Source: an uncultured Granulosicoccaceae bacterium (GTDB lineage: Bacteria > Pseudomonadota > Gammaproteobacteria > Granulosicoccales > Granulosicoccaceae). Taken from it: a stretch of 64,000 bases of DNA. The position numbers were made by a program, and so were the translations under genes. Below the pieces are notes generated by a model, which saw only the letters and a list, made by a program, of their open reading frames with translations, ran no database searches and had not been told where the DNA came from. Positions 29,842-38,520 of the stretch are shown here, piece by piece (position 1 is the stretch's first letter; every line of letters begins with the position of its first letter). The stretch lies in NCBI GenBank assembly GCA_937981955.1, contig CALJNA010000022.1:1548-65547 (forward strand), read 5' to 3'.

Positions 29842-31026
29842 TTAAACAACAGCAGGCAATCTGCCAGCGGGCGGTGTGTTGCGGCTTCGAGTTGATGTGA
29901 CGACGCCATCGATAATCGTCATGCCAATGCCCGGCAGGTTGCCCTGATTAATACTCTCCAGCATATCTTTTCCCGGTGAGTGTTGAGCTTGATCCAATAA
30001 GACGAAGTCGGCTGATTTACCCAATTCAACAATGCCGGTGTCGAGTTCACGCATTCTTGCGGTGTTACCTGTAGCAAAACAAAAAGCGATTTCAGCCGGG
30101 ACATTGCCAAGGCTTGCCAGCATAGCGATCATTCGCAAAATACCAAGGGGCTGAACACCGGAACCTGCTGGCGAGTCAGTACCGAGAATGACGCGTTCGG
30201 ATTGATCAATCTCGAAGGCCGTGCGCATGGCCAGCAGACCTGCACGCTCGTTGCCGTTGTGCACAATTTCAATGCCACGCGTACAGCTTTCACACAGGCA
30301 CATGATTTGATCATCGGGCAGGGCTGTGTGGCCACCATTAATGTGCCCGATAATATCGGCATCGGCTTCCAGCACAATGTCTTTGTCGATCAGCCCTGAG
30401 CCCGGAATGGACGGGCCGCCAGTGTGTATGGTGGACTGAATGCCATACTTGCGCGCCCACTTGACCATCTGTGCAGCGGTTTCTCCGGCTTTGACCGAAC
30501 CCAGGCCGACTTCACCCAGCAATGTGACCCCGGCATCAGCCAGTTCCTTAAAATCCGCTTCCTCCATGCCTTCTTCAAGCACCGGAGCCCCTGCAATCAT
30601 CTTGACGCCCGAGGGCCGGAAATTCTCGTACCAGCGTTGTGATGCGATCGCCAGTGCTTTTAGCCCAACAATGTCCTTTGGGCGCCCCGGCAGATGCACC
30701 TCGCCGGCGGAAATCATTGTGGTCACACCGCCGTGCAGGCACGAATCTATCCAGCTGATTTGTTGCTGGCGAGGTGTGTAATCGCCGATAACCGGGTGCA
30801 CATGGCTGTCTATCAAGCCAGGAGACAACCAGATTCCGTTAGCGTCCACGGTAACTGTGGCTTTATCCGTATCCAGATCTTTATACTTTCCAATAGCGGT
30901 GATAGTGCCGTCGGTGCTAATGACGCAGTCTCCGTCAATTAATGGCTCTTCGAGTTTGCCCGAAAGAATCTGTCCAATATTCTTGATAACCAGCTTATTG
31001 GTGGTCCCAGCGGTTTGATTACTCAT
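29842..31026 (-). CDS. ena: Enamidase-like amidohydrolase
   Basis: PGLIDSHVH, GGVTTMISAGE.H.PGRP, HTGGPSIPGS, HINGG, HNGN, GTDSPAGSGVQPLG. ATG 31026 follows GGAGAAGG. Sits next to hnr-like and Mo-hydroxylase genes. Confidence 0.8.
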   Translation of the reverse strand: MSNQTAGTTNKLVIKNIGQILSGKLEEPLIDGDCVISTDGTITAIGKYKDLDTDKATVTVDANGIWLSPGLIDSHVHPVIGDYTPRQQQISWIDSCLHGGVTTMISAGEVHLPGRPKDIVGLKALAIASQRWYENFRPSGVKMIAGAPVLEEGMEEADFKELADAGVTLLGEVGLGSVKAGETAAQMVKWARKYGIQSTIHTGGPSIPGSGLIDKDIVLEADADIIGHINGGHTALPDDQIMCLCESCTRGIEIVHNGNERAGLLAMRTAFEIDQSERVILGTDSPAGSGVQPLGILRMIAMLASLGNVPAEIAFCFATGNTARMRELDTGIVELGKSADFVLLDQAQHSPGKDMLESINQGNLPGIGMTIIDGVVTSTRSRNTPPAGRLPAVV

Positions 31027-31168
31027 GTTAGCCTTCTCCATCCGGATTCATTTATGTGCTGTGGTAACGCTAAAGCAATTCGAATACAAACGCCAGCGCA
31101 CTTGACGCTCAGGCTGGATTGGAGGATAAATATCAGATGATTCACCGACCCCAGATCTAAATATAGAA

Positions 31169-31750
31169 ATGCCTTCCATTCAGATTCGTAAAACACTCGT
31201 CAGTGTCGAAGAAATTTGGCATGAAGGTGGTCCGGTAGCAGATGTGCCATTGCAAAAAGGCTCGGCGCTGGCAATCATTGAAAACCCGTTTGCCGGTCGC
31301 TATGTCGAAGATATCGCCGATTTTATGGAAGACTTGAAACCCTTGGGTTTAACGCTGGCGCAACGGTTAATCGATGTGCTGGGTGGTGCGTCGAATATTC
31401 AGGGGTACGGCAAGGGCGCTATTGTGGGAACCAATGGTGAAATAGAACACGGGGCGTTGTGGCACGTTCCCGGCGGCTACGCTATGCGTGAATTACTTGG
31501 CGATGCAAAAGCCATCGTACCCTCCACAAAAAAGGTCGGAAGCGTGGGTGCACGGCTTGATATTCCCGCTACACACATTAACGCCTCTTATGTACGCGGT
31601 CATTTCGATTCCATGGAAGTCGGTTGTAACGATGGACCAAAAGCAGACGAGCTGCTGCTTGCGTTAATTATGACAACCAGAGGTCGAATTCACGACCGTG
31701 TTGGTGGCTTGCGCGCTGAAGATATCAAGGGTGTTGATGGCCTGCGCTAA
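31169..31750 (+). CDS. AA_synth/DUF1185 family protein (paralogue 1)
   Basis: IENPFAGRY, YGKGAIVG.NGEIEHGA, YVRGHFD, RVGGL...DGLR. Confidence 0.85.
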   Translation: MPSIQIRKTLVSVEEIWHEGGPVADVPLQKGSALAIIENPFAGRYVEDIADFMEDLKPLGLTLAQRLIDVLGGASNIQGYGKGAIVGTNGEIEHGALWHVPGGYAMRELLGDAKAIVPSTKKVGSVGARLDIPATHINASYVRGHFDSMEVGCNDGPKADELLLALIMTTRGRIHDRVGGLRAEDIKGVDGLR

Positions 31751-32657
31751 AACAGAATCTCAAGCCAGTTATCGCTGGTTGCGAAAACACCACCGGCTTC
31801 ATTTGCAACACGGCCCCATCGATCTTGTTATTCAGGCCGATGGCGATGAATCGGAACGTCGATTAGCGTTTGAACAAGCGATGTCGTTTTTCAATACCGT
31901 ACTGACTAACCTGGTGGCCGACCTTCCGTTGTTACGCACATCGGTCAGTACCCCATCTATGGCGAACGGTTCATGTGAAACGAATTACTCATCAGCGGTT
32001 GCCAGATCGATGCACGCAGCTGTCGCACCGTTTGCTGACCACTTCGTTACACCCATGGCCGCGGTCGCTGGTTCAGTTGCGCAACATTCACTGGCCAACA
32101 TGTGCCAAAACCGGGCGCTGTCGCGTGTCGCCGTGAACAACGGTGGCGATATCGCGTTGCATTTACAAAGGCCTGCAAGTTACACCATTGGACTTTGCGA
32201 ATACCCGAACCAACCGGAACACCAAATTGAAATCGTGATTGATGCGTCAAGTCGCGTTCGCGGCATAGCGACCAGTGGTTGGCAAGGCCGCAGTTTTTCA
32301 TTTGGCATCGCTGATGCGGTCACGGTGCTGGCATCCAGTGCCGCACAAGCCGATGTTGCAGCCACGCTTATTGCCAATCGCATCGATCTGCCTGATTCTC
32401 AAAAAATACAGCGTGTCGAAGCGTCTTCATTGTCACCGGACACCGATCTTGGGAAACGTCTGGTCACCGTTGGTGTACAACAGCTTTCATCAATTGAGCG
32501 GCAACGTGCATTACAAGCAGGGCAGCGCCTTGCTCAATCGCTGATGACCCGCGGATTGATTGATAGTGCGATGCTTTGCTTACAGGGTGATCGTGTCGTG
32601 GTTGGGCAACCACAGATTGTTCGCACAGATTCATATAACAGGAGGCAGATAGCATGA
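31737..32657 (+). CDS. UPF0280-family ApbE-like protein
   Basis: LHLQHGPIDL, TPMAAVAG, NNGGDIA, GIATSGWQGRSFSFGIADAVTV, ADVAATLIAN. No signal peptide. Confidence 0.85.
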   Translation: MACAKTESQASYRWLRKHHRLHLQHGPIDLVIQADGDESERRLAFEQAMSFFNTVLTNLVADLPLLRTSVSTPSMANGSCETNYSSAVARSMHAAVAPFADHFVTPMAAVAGSVAQHSLANMCQNRALSRVAVNNGGDIALHLQRPASYTIGLCEYPNQPEHQIEIVIDASSRVRGIATSGWQGRSFSFGIADAVTVLASSAAQADVAATLIANRIDLPDSQKIQRVEASSLSPDTDLGKRLVTVGVQQLSSIERQRALQAGQRLAQSLMTRGLIDSAMLCLQGDRVVVGQPQIVRTDSYNRRQIA

Positions 32658-33241
32658 GCACAGCTAAAATCAGAAAAGTGGTGATGTTCATGGACGAGAC
32701 CCATAAGGAAATGGATAAGGCCATTTCACCGCCGACCAGAAGAGCGGCAGCTGTGGCTGTGATTGAAAATCCGTTTGCGTCTGAATACAAGGAAGATCTT
32801 ACTGCGCTCATGGACATTGGCGCTGAAATGGGTGCCATGCTCGGTGAGCGCTGCGTAAATCTGCTGGGAATCGCACCGGCTGATGCGCAGAGTTACGGCA
32901 AGGCAGCTATGGTCGGTGAAAATGGCGAGCTTGAACATGCCGCGGCGATTTTACACCCTAAGCTTGGAAAGCCACTGCGGGCGGCTGTGGAAAAAGGTGC
33001 GGCGCTGGTTGCCTCAAGCAAAAAAATGGGTTCGCCCGGTCAACCACTGGATGTGCCTTTAGGTCACAAAGACGCGGCCTATGTGCGTTCACACTTTGAC
33101 GGAATGGAAGTTCGTATAAATGATGCGCCGCGTGCCAACGAAATTATGGTTGCAGTGGCTGTAACTGATTCAGGCCGACCATTACCACGTGTCGGTGGTT
33201 TGACCCACGAAGAGGCAGAAGGCAAGGATGGCCTGCGTTAA
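32654..33241 (+). CDS. AA_synth/DUF1185 family protein (paralogue 2)
   Basis: IENPFA, SYGKAAMVGENGELEHAAA, HKDAAYVRSHFD, DAPRANE, RVGGL...DGLR. Confidence 0.87.
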   Translation: MSTAKIRKVVMFMDETHKEMDKAISPPTRRAAAVAVIENPFASEYKEDLTALMDIGAEMGAMLGERCVNLLGIAPADAQSYGKAAMVGENGELEHAAAILHPKLGKPLRAAVEKGAALVASSKKMGSPGQPLDVPLGHKDAAYVRSHFDGMEVRINDAPRANEIMVAVAVTDSGRPLPRVGGLTHEEAEGKDGLR

Positions 33242-34079
33242 TTCCAATACTATGGACATCGATTCTGCGTTATCACATTTGGGTAAATCTCAATCCGGTA
33301 TTATCTCCGGAGGCACCGACTATTATCCTGGTTTAAATGATGGAGCACCTGACCGTGCGCTGCTAAGTGTTTCGCATATAACCGGTCTCGATCAAATTGA
33401 ATGTATAGATGGGTATTGGCGCATAGGCGCGGCGGTGACCTGGTCCCAGCTTATTGCTGCAAAGCTTCCTCCGGTGTTTAATTGTCTTAAGCAAGCGGGC
33501 CGCGAAGTGGGTTCGGTGCAAATTCAAAATGCAGCTTCAATCGTTGGCAATATTTGTAACGCATCGCCGGCAGCCGACGGCGTGCCGGCATTACTGGTTC
33601 TAGGCACGCACGTGGAGCTGTCGTCAGTTGATGGTGTGCGTGTATTGCCACTGCAGCAGTTTATAACCGGAGTCCGGCAAACGCAGAGAAAGGCTAACGA
33701 ATTAGTCACGGCATTGCTCATTCCGGAAAACTATGAACAGGATAAAAGTGCCTTTGTCAAACTTGGCTCAAGAACCTATCTGGTTATTTCAATCGTTATG
33801 TGTTCAACCAGATTACGCTTAGACGAGCACAAAACCATCGTCGATGCCGCTGTATCAATCGGCGCTTGTTCACCGGTTGCCTGTCGTTTGCCAGAGGTTG
33901 AACGCGCATTGATTGGACAAGCCTGCACAGAGAAATCCGTGTCTGCTTGTGTTACAGCTGAGCGTTTGTCACCGTTATCGCCCATTTCCGATGTCCGTGC
34001 TTCTGCCGAGTATCGTTTGCATGCAGCAAAGATAATGTTACAACGTCAATTGCAGTCTTTGTGCGAACACGCGGTCTAA
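33228..34079 (+). CDS. Xanthine-dehydrogenase-family FAD-binding subunit (putative nicotinate hydroxylase)
   Basis: SGGTD, IGAAVTW, VGSVQIQNAASIVGNICNASPAAD, PISDVRASAEYR. Confidence 0.9.
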   Translation: MACVNSNTMDIDSALSHLGKSQSGIISGGTDYYPGLNDGAPDRALLSVSHITGLDQIECIDGYWRIGAAVTWSQLIAAKLPPVFNCLKQAGREVGSVQIQNAASIVGNICNASPAADGVPALLVLGTHVELSSVDGVRVLPLQQFITGVRQTQRKANELVTALLIPENYEQDKSAFVKLGSRTYLVISIVMCSTRLRLDEHKTIVDAAVSIGACSPVACRLPEVERALIGQACTEKSVSACVTAERLSPLSPISDVRASAEYRLHAAKIMLQRQLQSLCEHAV

Positions 34080-34099
34080 CGGTTCATACACATAAATCG

Positions 34100-36952
34100 A
34101 TGAACATAAAATCCCCGGCTTTGAAAAATCGATCATTTCAACTCAATGGAAAGTCAGTGTCCGTCAGTGTGGATGAACACGCTCGATTGTCTGATGTGTT
34201 AAGAAACGAGCTTGCTCAAAGTGATGTCAAGGTTGGCTGCAATGCCGGTGATTGTGGAGCCTGTTCCGTTCTTCTGGACCATCAGTGTGTGTGCGCATGT
34301 TTAACGCCCATTGATCAAGTTGAGGGTTGTCGGGTTGATACTTTGAGTGGGTTGGTGGAATCTGACCCGATAGCTGAAAAGATTGCTCAAGCCTTTTTGC
34401 ATTACGGCGCCGCACAGTGCGGTATCTGCACACCCGGGATGCTTGTTTCGGCGACGGCTTTGTTAAGACAAACTCCAGAACCGACTGAAAAACAAGTTTG
34501 CGATGCTCTGGGTGGCGTATTGTGCCGCTGTACAGGTTATCGAAAAATTATTGATGCCGTGGTGAATGCATCGACACTACCGGGTTTTGACAATGACATT
34601 ACATCATTGCAACTGGCGACATCAGACGGTGTTCTTACCCGGTCTGATGAGCCAGATAAACTTGGGATGTGTTCTGTAGAAGGTGGAGTTGGGCAATCCA
34701 TTGTTAAAGTGGATGGACTTGAAAAAGTTAACGGTAAGGATTTATTTGGTGATGATGTTGCACCACAAGATGCACTTAGGTGTGTACTGATACGTTCGCC
34801 TTATCATCATGCCGACTTCGCATTTGGTGATTTGGACAATTTTGTCAAGACACATGTTGGAGTTGAGTGTGTACTTACAGCAGCAGATATTCCAGGCGTT
34901 AACCGACATGGCGTTATTCCACCATTCCAGGACCAACCAGTGTTTGCCGAAGGTAGGGCACGATTCAAGGGTGAGGCCGTTGCTGCGGTAGTAGGTAGCG
35001 CCAGTGCGGTGGAGCAATTGTCGGCTGATGTTTTTCCTGTGAAATGGACTGAGAAAACGCCGCATTTGACTTGCGAGCAAGCCATGGCCGAGCATGCATT
35101 GCTTCTACATTCTGAACGCAGCGGCAATATTATGTGCCGCGGTAACGTCAAGAAGGGCGATACAGACAGCGCATTTTCAAATGCGCATGTTGTTGTTGAA
35201 GGTGTATACCAAACCGGATTTATTGAACACGCCTATATTGAACCTGAAGCTGGATACGCTGTGCGTGTTGGCAATCGCGTGGAAATATTTGGGTGTACGC
35301 AAGCACCTTATATGAACAGAGACAGTATTGCTGACATACTTGGGATTGATGCAGAGGCTATTCGCATAGCTGCAACATCAACTGGCGGCGGATTTGGCTC
35401 GAAGCTCGATATCTCTTATCAGCCGTATATCGCGCTTGCAGCATGGGTGTTGAAAAAACCGGTTCGCATAACTTATACGCGGCGCGAATCCATGCAATCC
35501 ACCACCAAGCGTCACCCGGCAAACATGCAGGTAAAAGTAGCTGCATGCAAAGACGGCAAACTCACAGGCCTGGAATTTAGTGGTGAGTTTAATACCGGTG
35601 CCTACGCCTCATGGGGACCAACGGTTGCAAACCGGGTACCGGTGCATGCCTCGGGGCCGTACCATGTGCCAAATTACACGGCCAACACATCTGCCATCCA
35701 CACGCACACCGTTCCCGCAGGTGCGTTCAGAGGCTTTGGTGTGCCGCAAGCGGCAATTGCGCAGGAGTGTGTATTCGATAAGCTGGCAGAAAAGCTCAAT
35801 ATAGACCGACTCGAATTTCGCATAATGAATGCGCTGGATAATGGCCAGGCCACGGGCACAGGGCAAGTGTTTGAATCTTCGGTTGGGATAAAGCCATGTC
35901 TTGAGAGTCTGCGAGATCATTGGCAGCAGCTGGGCAAATCTGTAGGTGAATTCAACCGTCGGGCTGTCGACGACAATCTGCCCGTCAGGCGAGGTATCGG
36001 TGTTGCGAGCGGATGGTACGGGTGTGGTAATACGTCTTTACCCAATCCTTCTTGCATTAAAGCAGGTATTCGTGCCGATGGGACCGTGTGTTTGCATCAG
36101 GGTGCTGTCGATATTGGACAGGGTGCAAATACCGTCATTACTCAAATGTTTGCCAGTGCATTGGGAATCGATGTACAGCGCATAGTACGACTCGACAGCG
36201 ATACAGATATTACACCCGACGCAGGTAAAACATCTGCTTCAAGACAAACTTATGTATCAGGCAATGCTGCCAGATTGTCAGGAGAAGCGCTCAGGGCTGA
36301 AATTTTGCGGTTATCGAATGCTGGTCCGAACAGCGTTATTCAGTTTGAGTCCGGTCGGATTGAGATCAGTGATGGACAAGCACCTACAATCACTATTGAT
36401 CTCGATACCATGCGACCCGATGTTGATGAGTATGTACTCAGCGTTGCGCAGAGTTACGATCCGCCAACGCAGCCATTGGATGAGAACGGACAGGGAGTTC
36501 CGTACGCGGTATACGGATATGCTGCACACCTGGTCGAGCTAAGCGTTGATATTGAATTGGGTACTGTGGAGCTTTTGAAGTTTTATGCTGCGCATGATGT
36601 AGGGCGAGCGATCAATCCGAATTTAGTAGAAGGTCAGATTCATGGTGGCATTGCTCAAGGCATTGGTTTGGCTTTAATGGAATCCTATGTTCCGGGTAAA
36701 ACCGAAAACCTGCATGACTATCTTATCCCCACTATTGGTGATGTGCCACCAATTGAATCCATTATTGTTGAAGTGCACGACGAACATGGACCCTTTGGTG
36801 CCAAAGGACTGGGAGAACACGTTTTAATACCAACCGCTCCTTCGATATTAAACGCTATTCGTCATGCCTGTGGCGCTGAAATCCACGACTTACCTGCCAG
36901 CCCCGACAAAGTGCTTTCAGCCATCACGGCCGCAGAGCTTATTCCAGGGTAG
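34100..36952 (+). CDS. Xanthine-dehydrogenase-family fused [2Fe-2S] and molybdopterin subunit (putative nicotinate hydroxylase)
   Basis: GCNAGDCGAC, QCGICTPG, CRCTGY; GGGFGSK, AFRGFG.PQ, GQG, ASRQT, GQIHGG, AKGLGE. Confidence 0.9.
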   Translation: MNIKSPALKNRSFQLNGKSVSVSVDEHARLSDVLRNELAQSDVKVGCNAGDCGACSVLLDHQCVCACLTPIDQVEGCRVDTLSGLVESDPIAEKIAQAFLHYGAAQCGICTPGMLVSATALLRQTPEPTEKQVCDALGGVLCRCTGYRKIIDAVVNASTLPGFDNDITSLQLATSDGVLTRSDEPDKLGMCSVEGGVGQSIVKVDGLEKVNGKDLFGDDVAPQDALRCVLIRSPYHHADFAFGDLDNFVKTHVGVECVLTAADIPGVNRHGVIPPFQDQPVFAEGRARFKGEAVAAVVGSASAVEQLSADVFPVKWTEKTPHLTCEQAMAEHALLLHSERSGNIMCRGNVKKGDTDSAFSNAHVVVEGVYQTGFIEHAYIEPEAGYAVRVGNRVEIFGCTQAPYMNRDSIADILGIDAEAIRIAATSTGGGFGSKLDISYQPYIALAAWVLKKPVRITYTRRESMQSTTKRHPANMQVKVAACKDGKLTGLEFSGEFNTGAYASWGPTVANRVPVHASGPYHVPNYTANTSAIHTHTVPAGAFRGFGVPQAAIAQECVFDKLAEKLNIDRLEFRIMNALDNGQATGTGQVFESSVGIKPCLESLRDHWQQLGKSVGEFNRRAVDDNLPVRRGIGVASGWYGCGNTSLPNPSCIKAGIRADGTVCLHQGAVDIGQGANTVITQMFASALGIDVQRIVRLDSDTDITPDAGKTSASRQTYVSGNAARLSGEALRAEILRLSNAGPNSVIQFESGRIEISDGQAPTITIDLDTMRPDVDEYVLSVAQSYDPPTQPLDENGQGVPYAVYGYAAHLVELSVDIELGTVELLKFYAAHDVGRAINPNLVEGQIHGGIAQGIGLALMESYVPGKTENLHDYLIPTIGDVPPIESIIVEVHDEHGPFGAKGLGEHVLIPTAPSILNAIRHACGAEIHDLPASPDKVLSAITAAELIPG

Positions 36953-36958
36953 TCATCT

Positions 36959-38443
36959 ATGATCAGGCAACAAGTAGAAATAGAAGATAACGGAAAAATA
37001 CGCTGCGATGCGTGTCCTGTGCTTTGCTATATCAAGGATGGCCGTACTGGTGCGTGTGATCGTTATGCCAACGACGGTGGCGAGCTTGTGCGGGTGGATG
37101 CGTTCACGTTAATCGAGAATCGGAACAAAAGTGGTGGTGAAGTCGTCGCGTTTTTGCCAGGCGATGAGATTCCTGAGTGGAATGGCGATTTAATCAATCA
37201 GAAACCGACATTTGTTACAGCTATAGGTGCAGGTACAACCTATCCTGACTACAAACCGGCACCGTTTATTGTAAGTCAGGAACATGATGGCGTTGACATG
37301 GTCACTGTCGTGACAGAGGGCATATTCAGTTACTGCGGTGCCAAAGTGAAGATCGATACTGATCGTCACATCGGGCCGGAACAATCTCTGGTACGAGTTG
37401 AAGGTGAGGCGATAGGTCACGTCACTACCGGCGAGTACGGTTCGCAAATGCTTTCACTCGGTGGTGTGAATCATTTAACGGGTGGAAGTAAAAAAGAAGG
37501 CAGGATCACCTGTGATTCGCTACTTAAGCTGTGCAACAAGGAACCGGTGTCGATGACTATTGACGACGGTGTAGATATCGTTGTGCAAGCCGGTCACGCA
37601 CCTGTTGTCAACGGTGTGGAAGAGACACTCATGCGCGTGGGTTGCGGCTCTGCAACCATCGGTATGTTCGCAAAACAATGGGAACCCCATGTAGATGAAG
37701 TCGTGGTAGTTGACGATCATATTACAGGTGTACTCTCCGAGCATCAGGCGGGAAAGCTACTTGGGATGCAAGCAACCGGGATAAGAATAAAAGGTCGCAA
37801 GTCGACCCCTGGTCGCTACTTTCAGGTGGCTGAACCGGGTATGGGATGGGGTGGCACCGATATCGATGATCCCCTAACCATCATAGATGAGTTCAAGTCA
37901 GGTATAGCGAAACCTGGAACACGTATGCTGATGGTCTCAACCACAGGTGAGCAGTACGCGTTTTATGTACTGGACGAAAATCTGATTCCAGTGGAAACCG
38001 ACATGCCAGCGGAACTAAAGCCGTCTGTAGAACGTGTAGCAGAAAATTGCGAACCGTCTCTGTGCTCTGTTTTATTTATGGGTGGAGCAGGCGGGTCGCT
38101 GCGAGCTGGAGTCACCGAGAATCCGGTTGGCCTGACGCGTTCGGTGCGACATGCTCTTACTCATGTGAGCTGTGGTGGAGCTCCGGCCTACGTATGGCCG
38201 GGTGGTGGTATTACGATTATGGTCGATGTCATGCAGTTACCATCAAACGCATTTGGTTATGTACCAACACCAGCGCTGGTTGCACCCATAGAATTTACCC
38301 TAAGACAAACAGACTACATCGCGATGGGTGGCCACGTTGAAAATATAACGTCTATAAATGCATTGGCTCCACAAGTCGATCGCTGCGTTGGTGTAGAAGC
38401 ACGAAACAGTTGGCCTATGTCTCGGCACAATTATCACTGGTAA
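36959..38443 (+). CDS. hnr: 6-hydroxynicotinate reductase-like Fe-S flavoprotein
   Basis: N-terminal CDACPVLC...GACDRY; GAGTTYPDYKPAPFIV, VTEGIFSYCG, MRVGCGSATIG, VDDHITG, GGAGGSLRAGVT. 494 aa, consistent with the ~53-kDa Hnr subunit; context with ena and Mo-hydroxylase. Confidence 0.82.
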   Translation: MIRQQVEIEDNGKIRCDACPVLCYIKDGRTGACDRYANDGGELVRVDAFTLIENRNKSGGEVVAFLPGDEIPEWNGDLINQKPTFVTAIGAGTTYPDYKPAPFIVSQEHDGVDMVTVVTEGIFSYCGAKVKIDTDRHIGPEQSLVRVEGEAIGHVTTGEYGSQMLSLGGVNHLTGGSKKEGRITCDSLLKLCNKEPVSMTIDDGVDIVVQAGHAPVVNGVEETLMRVGCGSATIGMFAKQWEPHVDEVVVVDDHITGVLSEHQAGKLLGMQATGIRIKGRKSTPGRYFQVAEPGMGWGGTDIDDPLTIIDEFKSGIAKPGTRMLMVSTTGEQYAFYVLDENLIPVETDMPAELKPSVERVAENCEPSLCSVLFMGGAGGSLRAGVTENPVGLTRSVRHALTHVSCGGAPAYVWPGGGITIMVDVMQLPSNAFGYVPTPALVAPIEFTLRQTDYIAMGGHVENITSINALAPQVDRCVGVEARNSWPMSRHNYHW

Positions 38444-38520
38444 CCTCCAGCATTGTGCAATTATGTCATTGCTGCAGTTGCTCTTGATATCTCAGTTCCA
38501 ATAACGGGTTGATCACAATT

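Noticed and set aside
33228-38443. Selenocysteine or frameshift recoding in the Mo-hydroxylase or Hnr genes
   Set aside because: All frames are intact and full length, with no in-frame TGA read-through needed.
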